Source: Nageia nagi (lineage: Eukaryota > Plantae > Pinophyta). Taken from it: 64,000 bases of DNA. The position numbers and the translations under genes are program-made. Below are positions 1 through 14,200 of this stretch, in pieces. Numbering within the stretch: the first letter of the stretch is position 1; each line of letters starts with the position of its first letter. The stretch spans positions 137,454,001-137,518,000 of the forward strand of contig JBITNC010000001.1 of assembly GCA_050084985.1 (NCBI GenBank), in the 5' to 3' direction. Under the pieces are notes generated by a model. That model worked only from the letters and a program-made list of their open reading frames with translations, searched no databases and was not told where the DNA came from.

Positions 1-330
1 CCAATACACAGAGTTATCAGCTATGGAAATCCTGCAAGAAATGGAAGACCATGACTTTGAGCCATTACAATCCAGATATAATCAGCTCCTGAAATTGGAG
101 GAAGATCACAACAAAGCATATGAGTCATTCCAGCATTGCTAGAGCATCGTCAAGAGATGGTTTGATAAGAAAAAGTCTTCCCGGGTGAAGTTTGAACCGG
201 GTGATATTGTTCTCAAATGAGACGAGGAAAGAACAAAACCCAGGAGACACCAAAAATGACTCTCTTTGGAGCGGATCTTATGTCATTACCCAAGCTATGC
301 AACGGGATCTATTTAAAGCATTATCGGGTG
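1..330 (+). pseudogene. Ty3/gypsy (Tat/Ogre-like) integrase C-terminal remnant
   Basis: Manual translation LQEMEDHDFEPLQSRYNQLLKLEEDHNKAYESFQHC*SIVKRWFDKKKSSRVKFEPGDIVLK*..WSGSYVI resembles the post-catalytic and GPY/F region of gypsy integrases; it contains stops. Confidence 0.75.
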
Positions 331-657
331 ATGAGGTAAAATCGGATTCCCCGCAAGGCATTGTATAGTGTAAATACTGTAAATAATTATTTCTGTAAAT
401 GGTGTAAAAAAAAATTATTATTTGCATAGTTTTCAAGAAGAGTTAATAACCTTTAATGATCAAATTTATTAGGAATTTCATAGCCAAGTACTCAGTTCGA
501 CACTAAGCATATTTTGAGCACTCAAGTTTTAGAGCATTCAAAGCAAAGAAATTTCAGAGCCAAGTTGCCTTATGAAAAAAATGAAGTTGCAAAACCTCCT
601 ACTACCCATATTACAATTTTAATGATTACCAGAGGTTCAAGAAAAGGCGAGATTATC

Positions 658-3600
658 ATGGCGACTTCTCAATCATCCTTTGCAACCAAAATAGAGTAAC
701 TTGACATTGACTTACTTTCCTTGCAAGAAGAATATCTCGAGAATGCACCAAGAGTGAACTGCACCGAAATAGGAGTGATCAGTCATATGGATACATGGAG
801 AGCTGACCCTAGCCATGTGCTTTTGAGATTAAAGACTCCTGAAGTCACTGGAAAAGGAAAATCTCTTGCTCATTCTAGGAGAGATGTTATGATTGATCAA
901 GATTTGGCATATTATGTGCCCTATGAGTCTTTCACATGCCCTGAGCTCTTATACTCCCTAACGCACAGGCGTCATCAAAAGGGGTATCAAATAGGCATGT
1001 ACAAGGGCACTGAAGAGGAACAAACTTCAGAACCAATGTTTGAAGCGGTGTTGGACTACTCTCCGGATTCCATTATCCAAGCATTTGCTATTCCAGCAGA
1101 CTGGACATTTCATGTAAAAAAGCAAATTGATTTAAAAAGGGAGAAATTTGATTTTTATATAAATGAAGATGAAATGCTGAACTAGATTAATTGAAGATAC
1201 CAGGATAGCAAGCAATCAAAACTCTTGCCGAGCTATCAAATAGCTCTTTTTCAAAGGAGAAAAGATAGAGAAGTGCTACAAGCACTCGCGGTCATTCTGG
1301 GGAAGAAGACCTAGATAGAAGCAGATGAGGCCATGGTACACATGGCATATAATATTTCAGAATGCCATGTCTGCTATGATTTCCTGGCCTTCATAACCAA
1401 AGAAATTAAGAGATGCTTATTCAAGATAGAGAAGTCAGATTTTAGGCATTCTTCCTATCTCTGATGGCTTTTCATTCATCAAAATTTGGACAAGTTAGTA
1501 GGGACAAGGCTCCCAATTGAGCCAACCAGCTCCAGTGATGCCTTGGTGCCAATTGATTTGATGGTACCAGTTTTGAGTAAGTTGCATGGGTCTTACTATG
1601 AGTTTATGGACAAGTTTTATGCCACCGCAGTAAAAATTGACTGAAAAATTCCCCAGTAGGCTGCGCAAGAGCACAGTAAGAGAGTTACAAGGTGGGAATA
1701 AAATCGGTGACTGGTACTTTTTGAAAGACCGCACCGTGATAATAAGGTATGGATATTTTGATAGAGATGGGTAGGCAAATCTGTGCAATAGAAACTATAT
1801 ACGGGACTGGGGGAAATTTCAAGTCTACTGTAAATATACCGGCATCTACAAAAAATCACTCTGTTAGAGATAGGATGTACAGAAAGCATTACTCAATTCA
1901 TTATACAAAATTTCAAATTAAATAAGCTGGAAACTGCATGGATGTATGACCCATCAGGGGAGATAACCCAGTTAATAAGGACTAGCAAGAAACGTTCGAC
2001 ATTCATACATGACAGTAGGCCCCATATTGAGTATTTTGTAAATAAAACAGAGCAGGAGGCAGAATTATACCTTGATTGGGAATTTGTACCTTTAGATAAA
2101 GCCTAGATGGCTTTGGAAGGAATAAAAAAGTATAGAAACTAGGAGAATAAGAGGTAATATTTTGTCCTCAACCCAGAGGTCCTCACCCAATTAGCATATC
2201 TTGGATGGGGTCCCAATAAAATTCATTATTTCACAAGATTCAGATTTGAATACACCACCAAAATTCACCACATTGAAAGTGAATTATTTGAAAATTTCAA
2301 ATATGACAAATATTGGGAGGTAGAATATTCTAAAGATCCACTACCAGAATTGGGACAGCCCTTCCCTCCTCATTTTCGCGGGAAACCCGCAACAGAGGAG
2401 AGGACAATGCAGAGAAGACAAACAGCTATCATTATTCAAGCTTCAAAGAAAAGGAAACAGGACCCCTCAGATACCACCACTTCTTCCCGAGAACCTTCTC
2501 TTAAGAAGAAAAGAAAGATTCAAACCCTTACTCAAAAAGAGCAAAAACTAGAAAAGGAGCAAAGGCCCATAAAAAAGCCCCGGTCAGCCACAACAAGGTC
2601 ACAGTCACAAGTGATTGTCCCTTCACCTTCAAAGGCATTGGAAGAACTTCCAAGGGTGGTTATGCAAGAAGAAAAAATTCTTGACCCTGAAGAATCTAAC
2701 CAGCCACAAGATACTGAAGCTGGTTGTACAAAACAAGCCCAAGAACAACAGCAAGAGGAAACCCCAGCAGAAGAACAAAGTCAAATTCAGCCAAGCAGGG
2801 AAAGTGTACTTGAGGCCAGAGAAACAGCGGCAGTGGCACCCAGAGGAGGGTCGGGAGATGATGAAGATGATGATGATGAGTTTAATAAAAAGGACTCTAG
2901 CCCAATGGATGACCTTGAAGAAGTAGGTGAGGCAATGGAAGAGGCCGAACCTGAACTAGAGGTCCAGCAATTAACTCCTCCCGGCCACCTCAACCAATTC
3001 AGCAACTTAAGACACCTATTACAGGTGAAATTGTTTCCACTCATTCTTTTATTCCAATTACCTCACAAGAGGAAATAAAATCAATTTTTTCTATACAAAT
3101 TGTAGAGCTCATTGACTACGCAAATTTTGTAAATAAATCTCTTGTGCTGCCTAAGCAATAGTCGAGAATTTTAAGCAAAGTCACAGAGACGGGAGATATT
3201 AAAATTGCTCAGATGCCTTTTAAAGGACATCTGCAGCTGACTCCCACAGCTATAATAAATGTGAGTATGCAGAGTGCACCAACCATTGATCAATCCAAAT
3301 TCCTGGTCAACACTTCAATGGCAGCCGGAAAGAGTCTTCAATCAATAAAGACTAAGATTGAAAAATTGAATAAGAAAGTTGATCAATATAAGGACTGCTC
3401 CCTCAAGGATAAAACAATAACCGGGTTGCAGAACAAGAATAAAGAATTGATTGTAAAGTTGGAGAAGCAAAAAATTGAATTTGATAAGAGCATGGCGACA
3501 TCAAAAGATCAGCTAGACACTGCGAATCAAATAATAGAATAACTTAAAGCTCAGGCTACAGTGGTAGATGCTCAAAAAGTTAAGAAAATTGAGGCCGAAA

Positions 3601-4470
3601 TGCAAAATATCAATGCAACGAATAAAATTCTATCAGAAGATAATGCAAAGCTACTATTGCTGATGAAAAATTTTAGAAAATCCTTTGGTAGAGCAAGTTG
3701 GTGACAAAATGATAACATTATCTCACTTGCACCTACTCAAGTAACAAGCAATTCAGGCCATTAAAGAATTTCATGCTCAATGTGCTCTCCATAAGCAAAC
3801 TCTAGACATATCCAGGAAAGTCTTAGAAAGGATGTAGGTCCAATTGAGGATTTTAACTGAAAAAGAGTTCACAACGATTACCCCAAGGCCTAAGCAGTCT
3901 TATCAGAAAAAAATCCAAGAAATCTGTGATCTCCAGAGCTTGGTATTCAATATGGATCTCAATAAACACCAGCTCATAACAGAGTTGGAATTTGTCAATA
4001 AATTCTTTAATTCTTTAGTAGAAATAAAAGCTCCCAAAATATGGGAAGAGTAGAATGTATAGGGTAGTGTTGCCAATTGGTAGCCAATACCATTCAATTT
4101 TTGGAGCAATCTTTCTTTGAGACACAAATCTCAGATTTATAGCAGATAAATGAATTGGCTCAGGTGTAAAATTTCTACATGCTGGAAAGTTAAACGGTAT
4201 TTTAGAAGGGTTCAAGTCAAATACTGAAAAGATCAAGGCCTCCCTCATCCTCTTACAACCTGATTATAAAGAATTGAGTGAACTCAACAATAGGATGCAG
4301 GCCTTCCTCCCACAAGATATGATGGTAGCAATTGAGACTGCGACTAGATCTTCTTCAGGACAAGTCATTGGAAGTAGCAGTTGACCGGTTCTTTTCTCCA
4401 GCAGGTGGAGAGCCCTGAGAGCCGCCAAAAGATTGTATTCCTCCAAAATAATACTCAAAATCTGGGTAAT
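658..4470 (+). pseudogene. Degenerate extra ORF (non gag/pol) in the 3' region of a gypsy element: globular N-terminal domain, acidic linker, coiled coil
   Basis: ORF fragments 721-1185, 2350-3078 (K/E/Q-rich, poly-D), 3213-3542 and 3844-4053 (heptad-like) lie directly downstream of integrase; motifs align with the ORFs at 11290-14798 and 31396-34297. Confidence 0.75.
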
Positions 4471-4904
4471 CTTACTATTCTTTATTCTTTATTATTTCAT
4501 TTGCCTTAAAGCCTGGAAGCTATGTATAAAAGAGTAACCAGGAAATCACCATTCTTTTAGAGTCTTCGTGTCTTGTATTCTTTAAACCATTCCCCCTATT
4601 CACATTCCTACTCCCTAGAGTGTTGGGAATCATTTTGTAAATAAAGTCATCCAAGAGTTTTGTCTTTCTTCAATACCCAGGAAATATGTAAATAAGGCCA
4701 CCCAGAGATTCTATCAAAACACTTGTGTTAAATTTATATTCTTTTACTCTTTAATAACCATAAGTCCAGAATACCCGAAAATCATGTCATCTTCTCCAAA
4801 TGCACCCAAGAAGTCATGTATCAAAATTGCCTGAAATCATATTTGTCGCCCATGAAAGTCCAAGACTTGTATATATATGCAGAGTTCAACTCTTGAAAAA
4901 TGCA

Positions 4905-5360
4905 AATAGAGCCTGAGGATTTCAAAGCATGACATAATAATTTTCAATCAAAATAAACAGGTCCCAGAACAGATAGTAGGCATCGTAGATTCTTGAAGAT
5001 CATTGATAGAGCTCGACGATTTCAGGAGATGATGTCACATTTTTTTGAGAAAATCAGCAGGCCCCTGAAGAAAACCAAATCATCAGTAGAGCCCGAGGAT
5101 TTTGGAGGATGTCGTCACAAGTTTCAACACAAATCAACGGGTCCCGATCAAATTAAAATGTAAATAGTACCTAAGGATTTCAAAGCATGATTTCACTTTT
5201 TTTTGTAAAAATCAACAGGTCCTGGAGAAAACCAAATCATCAGTAGAGCCCGGGGATTTTGGAGGATGATGTCACATTTTTTGTAAAAATCAGCAGGTCT
5301 CAAAGGAAACCAGATCATCAACAAAGCCTGAAAGAAGAACATAGAGCCCGTCGAGGGAAT
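4905..5360. repeat. Degenerate tandem array (about 80-95 bp units) in retroelement 3' UTR
   Basis: Recurrent agagcccgaggatttYRRagRatgaYgtcaca...aaaatcaRcaggtcc at ~4908, 5008, 5088, 5168, 5245, 5343. Confidence 0.8.
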
Positions 5361-5427
5361 AGAAGAGTAATGTATGAGAAAGAACACCCGGGTCCACTTC
5401 ATCTTAAGTGTTTGACCCCCGAGACCC

Positions 5428-6490
5428 TGTTAATGTGTCAACACCAACTCATTTCCACATAACAGTGGTAGTTCTTCTCGACCTAAGCATACATAATATC
5501 TACCAACCATCATTACTCTGATTACTGACATCCACAGTATACATCATGAAGATTGCAAAGGAGTAGATGAAGGCTAATAAAGCAAACGATCAAATCGTAC
5601 CAATCGATGTGCAATCAAACAACTGCTCAATCTACCACAGTACCGCTCTCAATCAGCAATAGTGCTAAATTCAATCAGCTACAGGGTTTTGGAAGGAGCA
5701 GTCAATGACATGTCAGAAAGATTGCGACTCTATGGACATGGTTGACCGGAAGTTTCAAATCCCCAAAAGATCCAGAAAATTCGGAGAGTTAATGTTGATT
5801 TGAACTTGTATATTGTACAATCTAGCACAGTTGTAACATTTGTGTAAATAACACTGTTGTAGTTGTTTCATTCAATACTAGTAATAATGTATCATAATGA
5901 GATCCAACCACCTAAAAGGGGAGGAAGTTGCATAAATAGCTAGTTTTAGAAATTAGAACGGTCGGATATTCTAACAAATTTGTCTGATCTATAAGAGCAA
6001 TTCATACATGACAATACGAACAGACAATGCTTTGCTCTCTTGCAACAAAGTGGCTATTATTGCTTTTGTGAATGTTATGTATGAAATGTTTACTTCAAAT
6101 TGTGGTTGTGTATAGTGATTGCGAAACCCCAAAGGTGAGGAAGTTTGCTATTCTTAATCTTGGCTATAGATTGTCGCCTATGCTGCAATGCTCGGTTGTA
6201 AATTTCTTGTTTTAGTTGTTCGTTTATTTATCTCTTTCCTGTTACTCTTTACCTTTTTATCCCTTTCCTCTTACTTTTGATCTTCAACATAGATAAGAGC
6301 AGGCTTATAACCCGAAGATTGAGCAAAAGATTTACACGAGCGCATTCCCACCACCTTCTGCTCTTTCAAGGAACCTATTGTTGCGGCAAGTGGAGAACAC
6401 GACCAGCCCAAACCCTTGAGGTTACACTATATCGATCAACAAATACCCAGTTTGTTTGCTATTTGAAGGGTATATTTTTGTGCTAAATCA
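5428..6490 (+). mobile_element. Probable 3' LTR of the element at 1-5427
   Basis: Begins tgttaatgtgtc and ends gtgctaaatca; TATA-like cataaatag near 5931; follows the 3' UTR repeats. No clear PPT and no TSD pair visible. Confidence 0.5.
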
Positions 6491-6607
6491 TATTTACAAT
6501 CTAAGGAGTGGTTGTTCAAACCCTAACTCTGATAAGCCAACAAAGTCCTGAAACCCTCCGTTAAAATGTCAAATCATTCATAAAGAGAAGAGTGAAGAGA
6601 GTTTTCC

Positions 6608-7011
6608 TTGGAGAAAAGAAAGCTCAAAATGTCAGAAAATTCATTTGTAACATTGCAGAGAGCTCAAATAACCATGTGTGGAATTTTGAATAAAATGGAT
6701 GGGTCACACCACCAATTAGTGTCTCAACCTCAACAGGTAACCCAACAACAACAAGGGTTCCAGCCACAGCAACAAAATATTGCTTCTACATCGCATGCAA
6801 CTGAAGGAGAGAGCTCTAATACAACCAACCAAGGAGAAAACTCAACTAGGATTTTGGGCACTCAAACTTCAAGACTTTGGAGACCCAATAAACCCATGTT
6901 CATCCAAAAGCAAGTAGTTGCTGAAATTGTACTTGATGAGTTGGCTGCCCTTTTCCAAGAATACTAAGGGAAGTCAAATGACTTCAAGAATGTTGTTCCC
7001 TTCGATGCCTA
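6608..7011 (+). pseudogene. Retrotransposon gag-like N-terminal remnant, truncated at the LTR starting at 7012
   Basis: RPNKPMF...DELAALFQEY*GKSNDFKNVVPFDAY resembles VLDELFKEYKKKFEAFRSMITFKNY at ~51080, which follows a PBS. Confidence 0.5.
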
Positions 7012-8099
7012 TGTAATGTACCTTTCTAGGGTTTATCCAATTTCTTACTTAATTAAGTATTCATTCACAAATTAGGGCATCAAAGTAAATGCTCATTAAC
7101 CATCCAAACATGCACTTAAAACTGAAATATAACAGCAGTAGCCAAATCTGATACAAAGCTCATATAACATGTGAATATCACCAAACTCGGGCATAACTTC
7201 AGATCTGCAACATAACAGAAATATAGCTCCAAAATACTCTAATCCGCATACATTCTCATGCAAAATGAAGATAATAGTATAGCAAAAACAAAGGAGCCTT
7301 CATCCACATTCAAGATGCAATATGAGAGCCAAATGTCATGAATAATCAACCAAGAATAAGTACATGGTTGTAAGAAGCCTATAACAAGTTTTAGGGCAAA
7401 ACCCAAGACTCAGAGATGCTCAACCAAGACTCCCAAAGGTTGATGCAAATCCCAAGGAGGCTCCCAAAGCTAGTGCAAGGCTCAAGATGACTCCCAAGGG
7501 TTGGCGCAAGCTTCCAAGTGGCAAAGATGGATGGCGCAAGTCTCTAGATAGCTCCTCAAGGTTGGCACAACCTTTTCAAGTGAGTATGAGTGTAGAAGAG
7601 CCACTTCTAGGCTAGGAATTAGCCCCAGTCCTTAGAAGGTAAAGAGAAGAGCATCCCCAAACGTTGAATGATCCAAGATCAAATGCACAAGATGATGTCT
7701 TCAAGTGAGCAAATGACTTGCCTTTATAGCATTCCAAACTTGCAAATATGTCCTCAAAAGGAAGCCGACTAGGAGGGGAGAAAATAAAAATTTTAAATGG
7801 CCCCAATCCTCCATAAAATGGCCAACTTGTATGTAGGGGCATAATTCATCTTAATGACCCTATTTATTAGCTCAAATAAATATATAATTTTCCAAGGGCA
7901 TAATTCATCTTAATGACCCTCTTTAGTAGCTCAAATAAATATATAAGTTTCCCTTTTCAAGCGCTTGCCTTTGAGGCACAAATATAAATATGATAAATAC
8001 ATAATTTGACAAATAAAGCACTCCTAATCTAAGTACTAAAGATCACAATGAATAGGCATGAGGGATGGTGTCTAGATATCCCAAATTGGGGACATTACA
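7012..8099 (-). mobile_element. 3' LTR (~1.09 kb) of a minus-strand gypsy element
   Basis: Termini tgtaatgtacc...ggggacattaca; adjacent PPT on the minus strand; similar to the reverse complement of the solo LTR 40070-41144. Confidence 0.85.
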
Positions 8100-8100
8100 A

Positions 8101-8116
8101 GTCCTCCCTCCTCAAA
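8101..8116 (-). promoter_or_regulatory. Polypurine tract (PPT)
   Basis: Minus strand ...gcaatttgaggagggaggac immediately precedes the LTR; the same context (tgcttgRggR...gcaatttgRgRRgg) occurs at 53174-53207. Confidence 0.8.
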
Positions 8117-9184
8117 TTGCTTGCCCTCAAGCAATTCCAAACGCATTCCAAGGTGATGCTTGTCTTCAAGTGTACCAAGCGATGCTTGACTCAATAAATG
8201 TCCTCCAAATGTGCTAACAGACTGTCCAAATACTCTTCAAAATAGCCCATTGATGATATCAAGAGAATGCAATCATGAAGGCAGCTGTTCCAAGGTGTAG
8301 AAGCAAGAGCAAGAACTGTTGTTGATGATGTATACCTATCCAACCAAATACTTTTTGCCCTGCTTTCAAACTAATCCCAATGCTTCGCTGTCCAAAAAAT
8401 GTGAAAAGTCGCAGCGGATAAGATGCTGACCTGATTTGTTTTAGATGCTAAAATGTTGTTCAAATGCTTGCCAAGTGTTATTCCTTCATAGGACTTTGTT
8501 GTCATATCTCGAGCCAATGGTACTGAACTTGGTAGGGTTGTTCCCAAAAATGAGGTGCAAATCAGTCAATAGTGGACTGATTTTTGAGTCCACAAACTTT
8601 GTCTTTCTAAATGCATCAATCTTCAAACCAATCTCCCAAACTGAACTGTATTTGTTTGTGTCAAAGTCATATAGAAATGATCGTAAATTTGTACCTTGTA
8701 TGGCAACATCAAGATTCATACATGTTGTTGTATGAAGTATCATTAAATGAGCTCTTCCTTGCTGCTGTTTTCTCATTGGCTGAAGTGGCAAGGACGGAGT
8801 TTTCTCCTTAATCATATCATGAACTCTCTTTGAGGCCATAATACCCTACTATCCAAAAAATGAGTATCTGTGGGTACCAAATGTGTCCCTTCCTATCATG
8901 TAGTACACTCCTTTGTAGGCAGCAACATGGCTGAGTTTGCCCTTCACATTTTGCTTTCCATCTTCCCCTAAATTGTCATAAGAATCAGAATTTGTATCTT
9001 GCTGTCCCTTGCTATTTGTAATGAGTTTTGGTCCTCTTTCACCTTGGAATGACTACTGCTACTTCCAAGAGCACTGCTGTCCATGTTTGTTGTTGTGTAG
9101 GGCAATTTTTTTGTCATATACTTCAGCTTCATACACCCCAAACTGAATCTAGACCAAAAGGATGAAAACATACTTGATACATTG

Positions 9185-9780
9185 TCATATAAACCAATTG
9201 TATTCCCTCTCCATGTGGCATGGAATGTTGGGACTGGTTTTTGCCGTCAAAAGCTGCCTTAGGATGTTGCAAAAACTGAGAGCACTGCTGTTGTAACTGT
9301 TATACCTTCTCAAAGAGGTGTTATGGCTGATATGGATAATCTCTAAACTGTTAACAGCTGTCCAAGGATGTGTGGCATGGGTGCCTCTCAAAGTGATCTT
9401 CCTCCCATGCTCAAAGAAACTCATTTCCAATTCTCAGTAATTTAAAGTGACATCTCCCAATTGGTACAATCATTGGACCCCTAGAATGATGTAAGGAGAA
9501 CCACCCATGGGGTAAACATAGAAATCGGCTATGATGATGCCATTTCCAATGGTTACTTCAAGGTCTCTAATCATCCATTTACACCTAGTTTTGTATCCCC
9601 TAGCATTGGTGACTCCAAACTCTTGAGTTTCAATTCTTTTCAAGTTTCTTTTAAGGGAAAAGGCTTTATCAATAAAATTATTGGTGGCACCATTGTCTAC
9701 TAGGGTAATAATGGATTCTCCTATAAGGTGCCCTTCTAGTTAGAGATTGGGGTATTTGATGGGTTTAATCAAAAGTTTAA
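9185..9780 (-). pseudogene. Aspartic protease remnant (second copy) of a non-autonomous gypsy element
   Basis: Translation LEGHLIGESIITLVDNGATNNFID...ADFYVYPMGGSPYIILGVQ*LYQLG...MEMSFFEHGRKITLRG contains the D(S/T)GAT-type and ILG motifs. Confidence 0.85.
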
Positions 9781-11289
9781 TGAGTTCCCGAAGATCCCTT
9801 TTGATTCTGTTGGGGGGTAAATGGTGAACTATTTTCATTTTTAAGAATTGAAGAATGTGAAGGGGAACTAAAATTAAATGGATTCACATATGTACCTTGT
9901 TGGTATGTTTTTCTTTCGTAGTTCAAAACATGCACAAGACTTGGAGGAAACAGTGTTACTTGCTTCCGCCTAAAAGGACTGGTTACCCCAAGCGCTCAGT
10001 AGTCAAAGATGTATGTTGTTAACCGTATAAAAGGGAAATACAACGTCGGAGTTCCCTTCCACAATAAAGAAAGACTACAAATGTGAATGAAAGCGATGAA
10101 AGATCACAAATGCAAGGACAAACACAGGGATAAATACAAAGGAATACAAGGAAAAGGAAATGACTTATGAAAGTATCATCAATGATGTAGTGTCTCGGCA
10201 GGTCGTTTTTAGATTCATTAAGGTCAACGCACTCACTATCAAGCTAGGCAACAAATAGCAAATATGCTCAAATCACTACCAGACGAGAGCAAGGAGTTGT
10301 AGGGTCTTGGTGGAAGACTCGGTGGAAAGGGTATAAGTGAGGTGAGGGCGTGAGTGCAAGAACCTAACCGAATGATATAAAGACAAGTTATAAGCCTCAA
10401 AATATATCCACTTACATGCAAATCATGCAAAGAATGAACTCAAACCTACTCAAATGAATATCCAGTATGCAATTCAAGGAGAGAATCATTCAAATATGCA
10501 TAATCCCATAAATGATATTCTCACAATATTGACTTTGTAATATCATTCCTCAAAGGAAACACATTCATAATGATATTCAACAATAAACATGCATAAAACC
10601 CCTTATGCAACGAACCTCTATGCAATGGAATGTGAATGCTAAAGGATGCAATAGCTCAAAAATTCTTGTACACATAAAAGCTTATAGCCAGCATCTCAAA
10701 ATATAAGAGCCTCAATATGCAATATTTCCATTAAGTGCAAAGTCCCACATGTGCAACAATGTGTAAAATCATGCAATAATTCAAGTGCAAAATTGCAAAT
10801 ATCCTCCAATGCAAATATCCCAAATGCCAAAATCCCCTTCTAAATGGCCCAAATGGGGTATAAATAGGCCACTAGAAGTGTCGCCCTAAAGGTATCGAAT
10901 CTAATGTGGTGTGCACACACACAACACACATACTGATACAAAATCAGATTGTTCACACAAAACTATGCAAGTGGCACCTAAAAGCTAACAAAATATAAAT
11001 GCCACCGTCAAAATGCATCTAATCTACCTCTAATCTATGCAATAGCGAATCAAACATGCAATAAAAGGTCTGAAAAGTCTGACATCTAAACCAGCAGGAG
11101 CAAAACCTCATCCTTGCACCGGTCAAAGCCATGAATGAGTTTGACAGATTTGATCTGGCGGGAGAAAAACCTCATCCCTACACCAATCAAATTGAATGAA
11201 ATAAAGTCTGGCATAATAACCAACATCAAGTATGCATTAAACAAATGAAAAGATACCACAGACAGGATCTATGGGTGGATCAGACCTAG

Positions 11290-14200
11290 GCCAGATCTGA
11301 TCCGATATTGGCGAATCTCCACTCCTCGTTGATGAGACTGTACTACTCAATGGTCTCCTCCAAGAATGCCACAATCTTTCGTACACCCCTAGAAATCATG
11401 CCAACGATGATACCATTCTGTCGAATATAATCCTCTATTTTCTTCGATGTAGCCTAAATCTGGTGTCTCCAGATGACCATCCGCCTCTCATGGACGATGG
11501 GATGCCCCACCTTCGGCAAGCTAAGATCATCAACATCAAGATGTTCCTATATCAGGTTCTGAGCCTCAGCCAATACCGCCTCCTTTCTCACATTGTTGTC
11601 TTCCCCTTGGAACTTAAGCTGATAGACATATTCCCTCATTTGTTGTTCAACCTCCTTTCTCAAGGGGATTTTAATTTTTCAGGGCTCCATTGCACTTTTC
11701 AAGTCCATGGTTCAACCAATCGTGATGATAGGTGAACTCGTGGCAATAAATCAACTTTTCAAGATTTAGCATAAATATGCTGCAGATGGGAGACATTGGG
11801 AAGATGGCTATCTAACGTGCTAAGGTGTGTTGAGATTTTCCCCTTGAGGTCCCTCATTTCAACACCTTTAGCAAGGAGCTTGTAGATTCGATAAGACAAT
11901 TTCTCGATGGCCTATATCACTTCCTTCTTCAGCTGCTCCATCATTTCCCATCCCTCATGGAAGGAAGTCTACCTCTACAAATCTAAGGGGGTGGCGCTAA
12001 CTTTCTGGAACTCCTCGATGATTTTTTTGCTAGCCATGAGTTCTCTTTTCAATCTCTTCACCTCCTTTTTGGCTTCGTAGCCTTCCTGCTCCATGACTAC
12101 AACATTCTGAGTGACTATGTGTTTTTAGGCTATCAATCCTAGTTTCACAAGCATCTTGAATGTCTCAATGATGCAGTGTTCTGCTCTTTGAGGGTGTTTC
12201 TCCTTTGAATAGCAATGGCTGATGGAGATCTCCTTTCGAGAAGTGGAGACAAAAGTATCAACCCTTCGAATTTTCTTGTCATCCAAAAGTTCGTCTTCCT
12301 CATCTTCAGAGCGCAGGTCCTAGTCTATATCTTCATCATGAGCCATGCTCATGCTGAGGGCTCTAAGGCAGGCATCCACATCAAGATCCAGATGCTTAGT
12401 TACTGGCTAAGGAGGAAATCTCTGAACCAGCAATCTTCCTCTGTCAATCTTCTTGACCTCTTTCACTGGAGTGGTCTGAACTACGGTAATCACCTTACTG
12501 CTTTCTCTTCTTTTTCTATTCCTCAGTCTCTCCATCTTCCTCATATCCTCCATTTCCGCCTATAAATATGCCCTTATTCTATGGCTGGGGAGATCTCTCA
12601 TGGCCCGTCCTCTTTGTGGAGGACTTATGCGAAGCGGAGGGGACTTCTTCCTATGCTCAACAAGACACGGTTTGGAGGCGGCAGTCTCTCTAGCACACTT
12701 TTCTCCAACAATTTGGAAATCATCTTCATATGTTCCAACGTCACTATCTCATTGTCATCCGGGAAAGTTTCAATCTCCATCTCATCGGGTGCAGAAGCAC
12801 CTATAGCTACATCCTCTTGCTCAAGGACACTGGTAGCATCATCATCATCTTCTTATTCTTCTTTTCTTCCGCCACTTTCTGATTCTTCTCCAGAATCTTC
12901 CACTGCATGGTCAAGTTCTTCATCAGTCTCTTCATCGGAAGAGGAAGTAGAAGTAGAACACTTAGAACTGGAACTGGAACTTGGTTGCAAAGGGGGAACT
13001 TTCTTTCTGCATCCAAGAGAATGAGTATGTCTGGAAGGGACAACTTCAGTAGGTGAATCACTAGCACAAGCCTCACCCACTACATCATCTAGCACGTCCG
13101 AGGGGAGAGCGTGATAACCAACGTCCTTAAAATCAACTACCACCACGCTACGCTTGCTAGGACCCGGGATCAATTCCCTCGGAGCCTCTTGCCTCTTCCC
13201 AACAAGGAGTAAGGGCTTCTTGCCACGTAGAGATGCAGTACAAGCAAAAGAATGTGACATCTTGATCCTGAGAGGGACCTCCTTTGATTTGGACTTTGTG
13301 GTTCAGGATTTCTGAGGTGGTTTTTCTGTTTGAAGTGGAGCCTTTTTCTTTCTCAGAAGAGCATCTATTCGTGCAATCTCCTCCTTATCCTGCACGTTCC
13401 TATACCTCTCCACATTTCCTAAAGACTTATGCGCAAATGCAATAGGTTTGTGGAATGCAGTATCATAGAAATGTGCAATTACACCCTTAGGATCATAGTT
13501 TCTCGTAGCCACCTCCTTGGAAAAGGCACACTACTGTAGCTCCTTCATGTGGGTTGATTTCACCCATGTCTGACATACATATTTCGATATTGAGATAGGC
13601 AAATTAATGGTCCATTCTTCTTCTTCCAGACTTTCTCCTTTAAGAACAAAAGTTGCCTAGCAAACTCCATGAGGATTAGTTTGTCACTAATGTATCTTGG
13701 TAGGAGTAGGGGTCATTCCTCTGAGCCATAGACTCTGATGTATGTATAGTCAGCGTTTTGCAAAAAGAAATCCGCATGTACACTGATAGTTCGGATAGCC
13801 ACATCAGAAATCCTCTTTACTACGGACTCCCCTTTGATATCTTTGTAGAAATCATACTCCCAATGATCAATTCTCTCACAAAAATATTGGAACTTGTTCT
13901 GGTACCACCACTTTGGATAAGCTCGCCACACAGGAATGCTCATTTGCCCCGGATATCTTTCGTCAACCAATTCCTGGATCTAATCTTGCCATGCAGCAAC
14001 AAGTATACAAGCTAAGAGTTCATATAGAATCTCTTTGAGGAGCCAAAATAGGCTAACTGGTGGCATAGGGCATCATTGATTACCCCAACCCATCGGATAG
14101 CCTTCCCCAAACTAATAACTACAATGAAGCCTGTGAACTCCCTCCTATACCTGGTGTCGTTCTCCTGACCAGTGACCCTTGACAAGAGAATGATCAGCTT

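Noticed and set aside
12215-13024. Plus-strand ORFs of 116-147 aa (also 11463-11735 and the minus-strand ORFs at 32349-34480)
   Set aside because: Antisense shadows of the low-complexity accessory ORF.
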